Shown: positions 52,076 through 64,000, counted from the first letter of the stretch. The stretch: DNA of 64,000 bases from Chiloscyllium plagiosum (GCF_004010195.1 NC_057719.1:23301004-23365003), one strand, 5' to 3'. Made by a program: numbers and translations. The notes: generated from the letters alone by a model not told the origin.

Positions 52076-52399
52076 GGGCGGCACGGTGGCACAGTGGCAC
52101 AGTGGTTAGCACTGCTGCCTCACAGTGCCAGAGACCCGGGTTCAATTCCCGCCTCAGGCGACTATCTGTGTGGAGTTTGCACGTTCTCCCCGTGTCTGCG
52201 TGGGTTTTCTCCGGGTGCTCCGGTTTCCTCCCACCATCCAAAAAGATGTGCAGGGTCAGGTGAATTGGCCATACTAAATTGCCCGTAGTGTTAGGTAAGG
52301 GGTAAATGTAGGGGTATGGGTGGGTTTCGCTTCGGCAGGTCGGTGTGGACTTGTTGGGCCGAAGGGCCTGTTTCCACACTGTAATCTAATCTAATCTAA
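52076..52399 (+). mobile_element. HE1-type V-SINE, young
   Basis: Many CpGs retained; 8-nt duplication in the A-box region; (TCTAA)n tail. Confidence 0.95.
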
Positions 52400-52445
52400 A
52401 GACTAAAAAAGGGAAAACAATGTAAACAGCAGGAAATATCTTATG

Positions 52446-52915
52446 TCAAAAAGTGTGGTACTGGAGAAGCACAGCTGGTCAAGCCACATTAGAGGAGCAG
52501 GAGAGTCGACATTTCAACCATAAGCTCTTCATCAGGACTGTGGGGAAGGAAGATGGACAGGTGGGACAGTTCAAGTGGGTGGTGTTGAGTTGGAGGGTTG
52601 GATCTGGGATAAGATGGAGGGGAGTGGGGAGTATGAGGAAACTGGTGAAATCGACATTGATCCCCCTTGTGGTTGGAGCGTCTCAAAGCAGAAGATAATG
52701 CCTCATTCCCATCAACCAATACCTTCATCTACCTATCGCATTCCCAGCTACCTTCCCCCCCAGTCCCAAACCCCTTCCATTTATCTGTCAGCCCCCTTGC
52801 CCCAGCCCCACATTCATGATGATGTACTTGTGCTCAAAACGTTGACTCTCCTGCTCCTCAGATGCTGTTGACCTGCCATACTTTTTGACTCTGGTGTCCA
52901 GCATCCGCAGTCCTA
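52446..52915. mobile_element. Penelope inverted pLTR pair with 3' coding remnant
   Basis: Minus-oriented pLTR/3' end to ~52700 followed by plus-oriented 3' UTR/pLTR; both hammerhead motifs degenerate. Confidence 0.75.
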
Positions 52916-53049
52916 TTATGCCATCATCAGCCAAAGGGTAAACTGGGGGAGGAGTTGTTGCAACTCAACCCTGAGCAAGGTTCGCCAGTTTGTCATGGTT
53001 CCAGACAGATTACCCCAAACTGTTAAGATCCATATTGAGGAGGGATGAA

Positions 53050-55195
53050 TTGACTCCCTTTCTGTCCTGATGAGGACTTCCAACATTTCCAATTTCCTGT
53101 GTGCGCGCAGTTTCCTCACTCTCCCAATTCTATTCTTCAGGTTGGTTAAGGGTGACTATGGAAAGGCTTTTCTAGAATAGGGGTTTGTGGATCATAATCA
53201 TCAGTCAGTGTAGCTGCTTTCCTGAACCCAGTCACTCTCTGTTCCTCTCTGTGCATTCTTATTGGGACAAGAATTGAGATTTCAAACTCTTCAAGGAGAA
53301 TTATTTTACAGAACATTTCATAAGTGGCTCGATTTTATGTGCTCATAATCAAGGGTAAAAAGGAAGCAGATTAAGCCTTTCAGATTGTAGGTGTGTTTGG
53401 TCATGTTGTTTCCTGAGCATATGGACTTTGTCCTGGTACACCGAGTAAATACTAAAGATGGCATTTTAAATGGCTTCATTTTCAGTGGCAATCTTCCTCA
53501 TGCAAGAGGAAGTAACCTGGTGCAATTTCCCCAAAAAACTAATTCGGCAATAATAAAGACCAATGTTGGTTTGGTTACATTAACTGCTGTGCTAGCCGTT
53601 TGAAAGGCGCAGAGAAAGCTTTTACTTCTTCCTCTGTCTCTTCAAATTGAGGAATTAAATGAGAAAATCAAGACACCTCAAGTCTGACCTAATTGTGTCT
53701 TTATAGGACACAACAGGGTCCTCAGCTCAATCTATTTTAGTTCAACACCTTTTCCTACAGTTTTGCCTGAAACTCTCATCCTTCTCTCCTTGCTCTTTCC
53801 CATCTCTTTCCCCTCTATTTCCCAGTCTTTTTTCTTTATTTTGCAATCCTTTTTTCCTTGACTTCAATTTTAATCTTTTTACTCCTTCATCGTCCTCAAC
53901 TAATCTGCAGTTGGCCAACCCTTTTAACATTTTAAGTCTTCTGGCTTTGAGGTAAGATTCTAATCCTAAGTGCCTCCCTAAATGTTTTAACTGTTTAAGG
54001 TACAGAAGATTTGAATGTTGAATATAATTTTCCCTAATATAAGCAAGACTGATCTGACCGTGAACGCAAATATTTCTCTACCATAGCAATGCAAGCCCAA
54101 GAAAGCTTTTCATACTTTTTCCCCTTAAAATCATATTCAAAGTGGCAACTTGCCCACTATAATGTTTTTATTTTTGTTTTGTTTGTGGGTCCAATCATGG
54201 ACAAGCCCCAGTTTTGAAACCACCAGACCCCAGGGGAGGTTCCTCAATTTTATTCTGGTTCTGGACAGGGAACTCCAAAATGCTAAGATCCCAGGTGAGG
54301 AGAGATGAGGGTTTTATTCACTCACCCACCTTGGTTGGTTGTAACAAGGTTAATTTAGAAAGGATCTTTTCCCTTGAGGATACTTTTCTTTCAGACAAAA
54401 TTAACTTCAGCTTTAAGAAGAAGCTAATGTAGCCAGGCTTTCTTGTTGTGACAAAATCTGATTTTATTAATTGCTAAAAATGAATAGAATCAGGAATGCA
54501 ACAAATATATGTGCAGTTGAGAAATGAAAGGTTAAACCAATAAGATTTGGTTTTTTTTTAAAATGAACGGACCATTCTCTGAATTGCCTGTGAAGAGTGA
54601 AATGATGAAAGTTGAAGATAACCTGTAAGTTTCATATTTGTACTTGAAACTTCAGTTTCATGATCGTTAGTTTTGCAGACTGGTTGAGATTCTGCAGCTT
54701 TGGTTCCTTTTGATCATGAGTGAATTCCTGCGATCAGGGTGCAAGTCCTTTTATTGGCCTATTTCCTTTTTTAACTCTGGATGGTACACAAGAGAACATG
54801 CATTCTCAATAGCACAATCCAGGAGAATTGAATTTTTTTTAAGCTCCTTTGTTGTTTATTCTTCAAAGGGAAAACACAAAATGCACCTGCAGTTTGGGAC
54901 ATAATCTGCAGGGAGCAACTTCTTATTGACTGGGGGCTCATCATTCCCTCATTTCCCTGGTCGTCACAAGAGATCACAGTCCAGCCTCTTTTGTTGTGTG
55001 CCTTCAAACCTTCAAAGAGCTGTTATTCGAAGTTCCCTTTGGGTGTGACATTCCATGTGTCCCTCTCTCTATCGCTTTCTCCAGGCAGCCAGTTAATTTA
55101 CAGCCTCAGCCAAGTTTGGTTGCATTTGTTCTCACTTGCAATATAATTATTGGAATGACAATTCAAAACTGTCAACAGTACTTTGGGTTTTGACA
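53050..55195 (-). mobile_element. Decayed Gypsy element 5' part: LTR (~55195-54215), tRNA-Pro-like PBS (54210-54194), gag
   Basis: PBS TGGGGCTTGTCCATGAT vs canonical TGGGGGCTCGTCCGGGAT; gag LIPQFEE..AFSAPFKRLAQQLM*PNQHWSLLL and IILLEEFEISI..RMHREEQRV..AATLTDDY; LTR limits tentative. Confidence 0.7.
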
Positions 55196-56154
55196 CATGT
55201 TCATGATAGCATTGAGTTGAAGACCTTCACCAGGCTTCCTGACTGGGTGCTGGTCATGCTGGAAATACTTAGCAGAAGCTTTCAAAGTGAAAAACGGAGT
55301 GTGTAGGATCAAGGATCTCGGAGAGAAAGCAGAATGCTGTACAAGCTACTGAGATTAGATTCAAACACAATAACCCTGCCTTGAGAATATAAGATTGGTA
55401 CACCTGTACCACTATTAATGTTAGCTGAAATCTGAGTAGCAGGATTAATTAATGGAAATTTAAGGTGAAGTAAATAAATGAAACTGGAAGTTACAATGCC
55501 ATTGACATATTCTAGAATGTGTTTATCAGAAAGTTTGAAGGAGGAGATAGCAGCAACATGAGCTATACAAAAACTATGGAAGTGTGTTGGAGATTACAAG
55601 TGTGTCCTCAGTAGGTTTTCTAAACAGGTTCTGGAAGGAAGTATTGTGTTAGAAACAGTCATAATAAGTTGATATGCACTAAATATCTTTGTGCACTACA
55701 ACTGGGAAAAAAGAAGCTGGTAGCTGTTAATAAAGTTACACAGGAAAGCAATGGCTGACCGGAAAACGCAGCTGTTCTGTTCAATAGAGTAAATTACACA
55801 AGGAAGAAAACTACTATTAGAATCAACATTTGAAATGATTATTGATTTACCAGCAGAAAATAGCAAAGTTAAGTGAGAAGTTAGAAAATGAAATAGACAT
55901 TTGTTTAGTGCCAGGGACAACAGCACAGTAAACGGCAAGCAGCCAAGGATTCCATTTTGAAAAACAAGACAACTGACATTGGGCTTTGTTGGAATCTGCT
56001 TCTCTCTGCAATGAGCGAGTGTGTAATCACAGAAGCTAGGGTCACGAAACAGGCAGGACAGAGGTAGAGGAGAATTGTAAAAATAAAATACTGAACATGG
56101 TTGGAGGAGAGATCACAATCTGACACCAACCTCTTGTCCCCCTCCCCTTGGTGA

Positions 56155-56455
56155 TATAGTACAGAAAGAGGCCATTCATTCCATCGAGTCTATAGCAACC
56201 CGTCAAAGAGCATTCAAAACTCTACCCAATCCCCATAATCTTGCAATTACCATGGCTAATCCACCTAGTTTGCTCATCCCTAGACACTACGGGCAATTTC
56301 CCATGGCCAATCCACCTAACGTGCACATCTTTGGACTGTGGGATGAAACTGGAACACCTAGAGGAAACCCATGGAGCCTGTGCAATCTCCACATGGATGG
56401 TCACCGTGGCAATGTGAGGCAGCAGTGCTAACTCCTGAGCCACTGTGCTGTCCCT
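56155..56455 (-). mobile_element. Diverged V-SINE
   Basis: Head, V-domain and tail on minus strand. Confidence 0.8.
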
Positions 56456-56952
56456 AAAAAGTGGCTTCTATCCTCATGTGACATGCAAATCTGCTAAACA
56501 TGTAAAAAGGCTATGACCATACCAAGAAAAGGCAGGTTAGGTGCCTCATCATGGATGCTACTTGGGAGTGATGTGAAGTCCTTCAAAGGGAAATTGTGTG
56601 AAACAGACATACATAGTACAGATTGAAATCTATTTGTAATCATGGTACCATGCGTGTGAAATGCACACAGTGTCCATCCACATGGCATTCAAACCTTGTT
56701 TACAAGCGATCTTAGTCAGTTCATTGGCCATTACAAACTGATCATGGTCATCTCTGTAAAGCAGAATTAATTGCAGGTGACCTGCAGGTTTCAATTGCAA
56801 CCAATATTCACCAAGGCAATTGAAGATATCACAGACTACACAAGAGCTGATGTCCTCTAGTCTAGTAGAGGACCATGAGTATTCACCAAAAGATTTGCAT
56901 ATGAAATATGACTTTCTTAGCTGATGCGTGAGTGGGGACAAGGTTTTAATAA

Positions 56953-57156
56953 TCGAAAAGTCTGGCACTGGAAAAGCATAGCAGGTCAGGCAGCATCCAA
57001 GAAGCAGATAAATCGATGTTTTGGGCATAAGCCCTTCATTAGGAATGTTGGGGGGTAGGAAACGGGGGCTGAGAAATAAATAGGACGGTGGGGGTGGGGC
57101 TGGGGGAATCCTATTTATCTCTCAGCAACTTGCAGTCTGCAGTCCGCACTTTTTCC
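56953..57156. mobile_element. Penelope inverted mini-element; degenerate 15-bp TSD
   Basis: acaaggttttaataa 56938-56952 vs acaagggtttggtaa 57157-57171; pLTR arm on minus strand, tail on plus. Confidence 0.75.
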
Positions 57157-57644
57157 ACAAGGGTTTGGTAACCATACAGCACTTACAATCTCCTGCCACA
57201 CAAGCAGTGTATACAGTGTACACTGGAATAAGTTGTGTTGTTTCAAAAGTCCATGTAGATGCATTCCCCAGCCCTCCTTGTCAGAATCCTCCCAATCCCA
57301 CTCGATGGTGTATGCATACAAAACAATCGTTTGTATGTGATGCAAAAGCTGACTCTTCCCATTACCAAGAACCAGTTCTGTTTCTGATATTCTCCAAGTA
57401 GTGTTATTCGTACCATGACCAATAGATCCAGCCACAACAAGGATCATCAATCCTGTGGCCATGTTACTGTGAAAGCTCAGAGAAGTTGATGAGAATAAGA
57501 TGCAGCAGGAGCCCTGGGACCATCGGAAATCCTGCTATGCCTCTCCAGGGTAGCATGATGGAAACCAAGCTTTGCCATACACAGAGGCATCACAAGGAAG
57601 TAATTAGAGTAATTATTACTGAACAAAAAGAATGAGAGAAAATA

Positions 57645-58625
57645 GTATGACCAAAGAAGATAAGTCTCTGGGCCTAATGGTTCGCATCCTAGGACAATAA
57701 AGGAAATCAATATCGAAAAAGCGGATATACTTCTCAGGATCCTCAGAATCTGCAAATTTCTCAGAAGATTGAAAAGCTGTCAACACTTTTATTCATAAAA
57801 GGGAGCAAGACAATAAAAGAACCAGAGGCCAGTTAGCTTAACATCTATCATTGGAAAATGTTACGGTCTATTATAAAGGATGCAATAACAGAGCATTTGC
57901 AAATACACAGCATGATCAAATTGTCGTGGAAATTAAATTGACTCCACTCAATTATTAGCAAGAGCAAAGAAAAAGAACTTTATTATATTTTAACCTCTGC
58001 AATGCAGAGGGACCAATACACTTGGCAAAAATGCCTTGTGTAAGGCACTTGAGCATAATTCAGAAACTCTTCTTATACCATTCTTATCACGGTCTCAAGG
58101 ACAAAGATTGGGAAGACTTAAGTTGTTATTTTTTTCATTCCCTTGTTGTGGACATACTGTTTTGATGTTTTCCTTAGCTCAAATCTGAAATCGACTACTC
58201 ACAAAGCCAGTTTGAATGTTTACAAAATTCCGCAGAGACAAGCTGTCCCACGACTGCAGACTTCAGAAAAGTTGCAAAGTATCAGAAAAGTTTTAAATTT
58301 AGTAAAGCATTGTCTTTCAGATTTCAGAGTAAATGTTAAATTTGTTAATTTTCCATTTTCCAGCATGGTTTCATGCTGGATCAATGCTGAAAAACAATTA
58401 TTTACAATATACATTAATGATTTGGATAACGGACGTGATAGTAATGTTTACAGATGACACAAAATAAATGGGAAGGTAAGTGGTGAGGATGACAAAATGA
58501 ATCAACAAATGTATATAGACAGGTTAAGTGAATGGACAGAAACTTAGAAGATGGTCTACAAAGTAGAAAAAATTGAGCTGATTGAATTTGGCATGGGGAA
58601 TTGAAAGGCTAATTATTATTTAAAG
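57645..58625 (+). mobile_element. Old CR1 RT fragments
   Basis: DKSLGPNGSHPRTIKE, RPVSLTSIIGKML, QLFTIYINDLD, DDTKINGKV. Confidence 0.7.
57922..58365 (-). mobile_element. Probable solo LTR inserted in CR1
   Basis: Interrupts CR1; TGTCGTGGAAA...TTTCCAGCA inverted termini; minus-strand TATAAG (~58077) about 95 nt upstream of AATAAA (~57984). Confidence 0.4.
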
Positions 58626-60374
58626 ACTGGGAGAGATTTTTTCAAGAGAAAGATTTAGAAATACATCAGAGTTTCAGTATCATCACTTTCTTCTTGTATA
58701 AAGTAATTTCTGCCTTGAGGTATCTTTGGCTCGGAGGCAGAACTAGGGACAGTACACATAGGTTCTTCAGTTTCCTAGTGACAGCCTCTTTGTGACAGAA
58801 TATCCCTCACTTCATTTAGGTAAGATAGTTGCCTTAAGTAATTCCTCACTCACCTACCTACAAGTAGGAAGTGGTCAAGGGCTATTTTGTCCCCCAGTGC
58901 TGAATGAGGGAGGCAAAGTTTGAGGGATTTGAGAAGGAGGCAAGTAGATCAGGAATAGTGGGGGATGGGAGATGGGAAGCAGGGTATGGACCAAGATCAT
59001 GTATTTGCTGAAAGGAAGTTGACTGGCAGAAGTGGCTGATCATTAGGAGTATGCCCATGAGACAGGGTTGACCTGAAGGGATGAGCCTCGGCATAGTTAC
59101 AAACTCAACTAAGTATATTTTTAACAACATGGTGGTGGTCTGCAATAGCGTCACCTTCAGGTGATATATCTGTAGAAATGGATTGTTAGAACGATGTCTT
59201 GATGCGCATAAAATACAGTTTTTAGCAGACAGAGAAACCTTGGCAGTAAATGACTTGGAGAACTGATTGTAAAAGAAGAGCACTTGAAATTTGTGATTAA
59301 TTCTGAGCTGGAAATCTTCCAACTCCCTAATCTAAATGCCACCTGTGATCTTCTTTCTAGAATTTAATGGCATTAAATGTGTGAAGAGTCCTCTAAATGC
59401 TTTTCCATATTATTTTGGGCTGTAAGAATAAAAATAAAAGATAAGAACTTTCAATCATTAACAGGACGTTCAATTGCATCTGCTTTTTACACTTTATGGA
59501 AGGGTTATCATTGAACACCCTGGAGGAATCCCCAATCTGAGAACTGATGCAGCTGGAGCTAGAAGCAGTGGAGAAGAAACATCTTACATTGCAAAAAATC
59601 AGCACAGTAGGTAATGCATCAGTGAACAGGCAGAAGGCATTGTGAAATAAGTGCAAAATAATCAAACTCTCCAGCCAACATTCAAAATGCCAACACAACT
59701 TAAGAAGTAAATCTGAAAGATAGGGTCAGTTAGTCATGGACCTTTTTTTTATGTGGGCAATTGGCACCATAGGGATGAGCTGTCACAAAGCGCATGATAT
59801 CCAATATGAGATTGATTTGGATTGGAATAAGAAGTGAAAGGAGACTGACAGTGACCTAAATGCTGTAATAAATTAGCTCTAATCAGCTTGGTTAGTTCAA
59901 CAGCCTACACTGTTGAGACGTCTGTGCATCAAAATAGATAGTTTGGCCCCTATACAGTGTTTTCACATCCACCAGATGGAAACCTTGATTCAACATCTTC
60001 TCCAAATGAAAACATCACCCACAATGCAGCATTCCTGTGGTACTACAGTGAGTGTCAGCATAGATTATGATGTCCCATGTAGCTTGAAGCCAAATTCTTC
60101 TAACTCAGAGGCAAGAATATAACCAACCGTGTCAGTAACTGATAACAGGGTTTATCCCTTCATCTCATAATCAGATATTCTCAGCAGGTCTGGCAGCATC
60201 TGTGGAGAGAGAAAAACAGTTAATATTTCAAATCTTGTTTGAATCTTCTTCAGAGCTGAAAGGTGTCAGAATCTTTTTAATACTCTTCTGACTGAGGAAA
60301 GAGGAGGAGCAAAGGGAACAGATGGTATAGAGACACAGTCATGACAAAGGAGTCTTCAGTGGTCATGAAAGAGA

Positions 60375-60640
60375 AAAAGGAGAAAGATTTTAAAAAGACA
60401 TGAGGGCAATGTTTTTACATACCGGGCGGTTCACATGTGGAATGAACTTCTTGAGAAAGTGGAGGATATGGGTACAATCATAACTTTTAATAGACATTTA
60501 CATGAGTACATGAACAGGAAAGATTTGGAAGGATTTGGACCAGGACCAGGCAAATGGGACTAGTTGGTTTGGGATTATGTTCAGAATGGACTGGTGAGAC
60601 CGAGGGCACTGTTTCCATCCTCTATGACTCCATGACTGTA
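60375..60640 (+). mobile_element. CR1 3' end
   Basis: Homologous to 2645-2915. Confidence 0.85.
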
Positions 60641-60889
60641 AATTGAGGTTTAAATGGAGAGATTGGGTCTTCTCCACTATTCATCAAAACACTTCATCCA
60701 GAGCTGTCACAAAGACTGGCCAGGTCTCTTTCATTTCCTAAGAAAATTTAAATTTGATAGTAATGGAGGCAAGATACATGAAATACAGAAAGCTAGCATT
60801 AAAGTATGACAAGTAACTAGGACGCAAATGTTATGCGCTCTTTCATTGCAAAGGATCTGCATTTCAAGTGTAAAGTAATTTAGCCACTA

Positions 60890-61221
60890 CAGGTAGAATA
60901 TCCTTTATTCGAACATCCAAAAACCAAAAAGCTCCAAAATCCGAAGGTTTTTTGTGGAGTTTTTTTTCTCAGTAACAAGGTTGTTTGGTGTGCAAACAGT
61001 TAACCCAAGTCGACACCCACTCGATGTGTGTCACTCAGGTGCGTCTTCAGGGGGGGAGTATGGCCAAGCACCGACGGCGTATTCTTACTTGGAAGTCTGC
61101 TCCTCCAGTAAGATTTTTAAAAATTTCACCATTAAACTGTCACTTATTCTGAAAAATGAAAAATTCTGAATTCCAAAAAACAGCTGGTCCCGAGCATTTC
61201 AGATAAAAGATCATCTACCTG
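60890..61221. mobile_element. Tigger-family MITE (Tigger4/MER46-like ends)
   Basis: TIRs CAGGTAGAATATCCTTTATTCGAA / CAGGTAGATGATCTTTTATCTGAA; TA on both sides (60888-60889, 61222-61223); non-coding; inserted in an old CR1. Confidence 0.85.
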
Positions 61222-62216
61222 TAGTATACAAAGCTTGGAAAATAAAGCCAGATACTGTGTGTGGTTTTGGTCTCTGTTCCCATGGAAGGATATTTTGGAA
61301 GCTGTACAGCAAAGGTTCACTAAACTGACTCCTGAGATGACCAAACTCTCTAGCATTTAGAAGAATGGAAGACGATCTCAATGAAACTTGGAAGATTGTT
61401 TGGTGGTTTGACAAAGTAGTTAGTAAGAGGTTGTTTCATCTCACAGGAGAGTCTGGAACTGGGGTCATGCTTTCAGGATAAGACATTGATCAAGACTGAA
61501 ATGGGGAGGAATTTTTTTCATGGGAGTTTATAAATCTTTGGAATCTTTGGAGTTGATATCAAAAGTAAGCCATGATCATATTGAATAGGAGAGCAAACTT
61601 GAGGTGTCATGTGAGATTCTACTGCTCCTATTTTGTATATTCTCATAGATAATAAATCTTGAAGAAAGAGAGAAGACACTCATTTCCAGTCAGATGAGGA
61701 CTTCACTCCTAATGTTGTGTTTAGATGATAGATTGAATATGACTTCAGTTGAATTTGAAGGATTACTGAAGTAAGAATATCATAGTGGTGGTGAATGATT
61801 GCAGATCAATATTTCCTGACTGAACATCAAGCAGCACTTATATGCTAAGTGTATCATTTCTATATCCTACCAAGAGATGCCTGTGGCTTTTCTGTATTAG
61901 CATGTTACTTGCTGCTAGAATATCAGCAAGGTTGACTATGGCTAAGTACTACTTAGTAATTATTTGATTAATTGACGTGTCAAAGGGAGAAAGATTTCAT
62001 CCTAAAAGCTGATTGTGGCTTAAAGCTCAATTCCCATAACTTGGCAGCTTGTACGTTTTCATAAGCCTTTTGAAAAAACATCAAAAAGTTCGGGATGGTT
62101 TAAACTAGTTTGGCAAGGGGGTGGGAACCAGAGCTACATATCTAAGAGGGGGATAGTTGTAGATGGGGCAGCGACAGGATGTAGTGAATCTATCGGTAAG
62201 GGTTTTCATATGATGA

Positions 62217-62377
62217 GGAGAAAGTGAGGTCTGCAGATGCTGGAGATCAGAGCTGGAAATGTGTTGCTGGATAAGCCCTTATTCCTGAAGAAGGGCTTAT
62301 GCCCGAAACGTCGAATCTCCTGTTCCCTGGATGCTGCCTGACCTGCTGCGCTTTTCCAGCAACACATTTCCAGCTCA
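62217..62377. mobile_element. Penelope-derived inverted mini-element; 15-bp TSD
   Basis: TSD gttttcatatgatga at 62202-62216 and 62378-62392. Confidence 0.9.
62281..62316 (+). ncRNA. Minimal type I hammerhead ribozyme motif (best-formed copy)
   Basis: ATTC-CTGAAGA-A-GGGC/TTAT/GCCC-GAAA-CGTC-GAAT: stem I ATTC/GAAT, intact core, palindromic ACGT in place of stem III; predicted cleavage after C62312. Confidence 0.75.
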
Positions 62378-64000
62378 GTTTTCATATGATGAAACAAAGG
62401 AATCAGTTAAAGTGTGTCTGATTTAACGCAAGGAGTGTCAGAAAAAAGTGATGAACTTAGAGCATGGATCAGTACTTGGAACTATGATGTTGTGGCCATA
62501 ACAGAGGCTTGGGTTTCAAAGGGGCAAGAATGGTTGCTAGACGTTCCAGGGTTTAGAATGTTTAAAAAGAACAGTGAGGGTGGAAAAAGAGGAGGGGGTG
62601 TAGCATTGCTAATCAGAGAGTGCATCACAGCTACAGAAATGAAGGTTGTCAAGGAAGGTTTGTATGGGTGGAAGTTAGGAACAGCAAGGGAGCAGCCACC
62701 TCATTGGGGGTTTTCTACAATCCCCCTAACAGCAGAAGAGAGATTGAAGAATTCATAGGTCAGCAGATTTTGGAAAAATGCTGATATAGCAGGGTTGTTG
62801 TTATGGGTGACTTCAACTTTCCCAATATTGACTGCAACCTCCTTAGTGCAGATGGTTTGGATGGAGCCGTTTTTGTCAGGTATGTTCAGGAGAGTTTCCT
62901 TACTCAGTATATAGACAGGCCGACGAGGGGAGAGGCCATTTTGGATTTGGTGCTCGACAATGAGCCAGTACAGGTGTCAGATCTCGCAGTGCAAGAATAC
63001 TTTGGTGACAGTGACCACAACTGCCTGACATTTACCATAGCCTTAGAGGGGGAAAGGAACAGTTACCAAGGGAAGATATTTAATTGGGGAAAAGGAAATT
63101 ATGACGCTATCAGACAGGAGTTGGGAAGTACAGAATGGGAGCAATTGTTCCACAGAAAGGGAGACTGCTTAAGGAGCAACTGTTGCGAGTGATGCACAAA
63201 TTTGTTCCTCTGAGACAGGCAAGAAGTGGTAAGATTAAGGAGCCTTGAATGCTGAGAACAGAGGAACATCTCACCAAAAGGAAAAAGGCAGCTTATGTAA
63301 GGTGGAGGAATCAAGGATCTAGCACAGCTTTAGAGCATTACAGGCTTACTAGAAAGGAGCTCAGAAATGGACTGAGGAGAGCCAAGAGGGGGCATGAGGA
63401 AGGCTTGTCAAGAAGGATTAGGGAGAACCCAAAGGCATTTTACTCATACGTGAGGAATAAGAGAATGATCGGGAGAAGGTAGGGTCAGTGTGGGATAGCA
63501 TAGGGAACTTGTGTGTGGAGTCTGAGCAGATAGGGAAAGCCTAAATGAGGGACCTTGTTGTGAATGAGAACTTTGAGGAGCTGGGATATAGACTTGAACA
63601 GATCAAGATTGATGAAGTTGATGTGCTGGAAAATATCAAACATTAAGATTGATAAGTCCCCAGAACCAGACCAGGTTTATCATAGGTTGTTCTGGGAAAT
63701 GAGACAGGAGGTTGCTAAGGCGCTGGTGAAGATCTTTGCTTCCTCACTCTCCACGGAGTCGAGCCGGAGAATTGGAGGGAGGCGAACGTTGTTCCTCTTT
63801 TCAAGAAGGGAAATGGGGAAATCCTTGGCAATTACAGACCAGTCACTCTTACGACTGTGGTCAGCAAGTTTTTGGAAAGAATTCTGAGGGATAAGATTTA
63901 TGATTTGGAAAAGCATAGCATGATTAAAGACAGTCAGAATGGCTTTGTGAGGGGCAGGTAATGCTTCACAAATCTTATTGAGTTCTTTGAGGAGGTGACA

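Larger units (their letters stand above)
62090..64000 (+). mobile_element. CR1 LINE ORF2 (endonuclease and start of RT), disrupted, runs off the window
   Basis: FNARSV..DELRAWISTWNYDVVAITEAW, GGGVALLI, MGDFNFPNID, ILDLVL, GDSDHN, NYRPVTLT; stops and frameshifts. Confidence 0.95.

Noticed and set aside
52076..52150. tRNA gene
   Set aside because: tRNA-like A/B boxes are SINE heads continuing directly into the V-domain
56460..57470. Possible Harbinger transposase relic (GDKG after removing the Penelope insert)
   Set aside because: Only a 4-residue match; other Harbinger motifs not found
8318..62392. CRISPR-like or tandem array interpretation of the recurring palindromic motif
   Set aside because: Copies are dispersed, individually TSD-flanked, and in eukaryotic DNA with no regular spacers
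1..64000. The many 60-195 aa ORFs in the track as genes
   Set aside because: Most are frames of SINE/LINE/transposon relics (e.g. recurrent MCCWKSAAGQAAS and GRMCKLHTDS) or unsupported random ORFs with prokaryote-style starts

Overview
Eukaryotic, AT-rich, repeat-dense DNA, almost certainly from a cartilaginous fish (shark). That assignment is inferred from the HE1-type V-SINEs and HER1-type CR1 LINEs; the species cannot be fixed from sequence alone. No intact protein-coding gene is supportable. Most ORFs in the track are frames of decayed transposons: CR1, L2 and Rex1/Babar LINEs, HE1 and Deu-like SINEs, two Gmr1-like Gypsy relics, a SPIN/Charlie-type hAT transposase fossil, and two Tigger/pogo elements. 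The most notable signal is a family of very short (about 75-290 bp, one about 470 bp) Penelope-derived insertions. They carry a minimal type I hammerhead ribozyme, often sit in 13-17 bp target-site duplications, frequently fold back into long hairpins, and repeatedly break at the ribozyme's 5' edge. One copy marks the breakpoint of a reconstructable ~820 bp genomic inversion (17402-18220). A few splice-bounded candidate exons exist but are weak. Repeat boundaries were read by eye and are approximate unless TSD/TIR coordinates are given.
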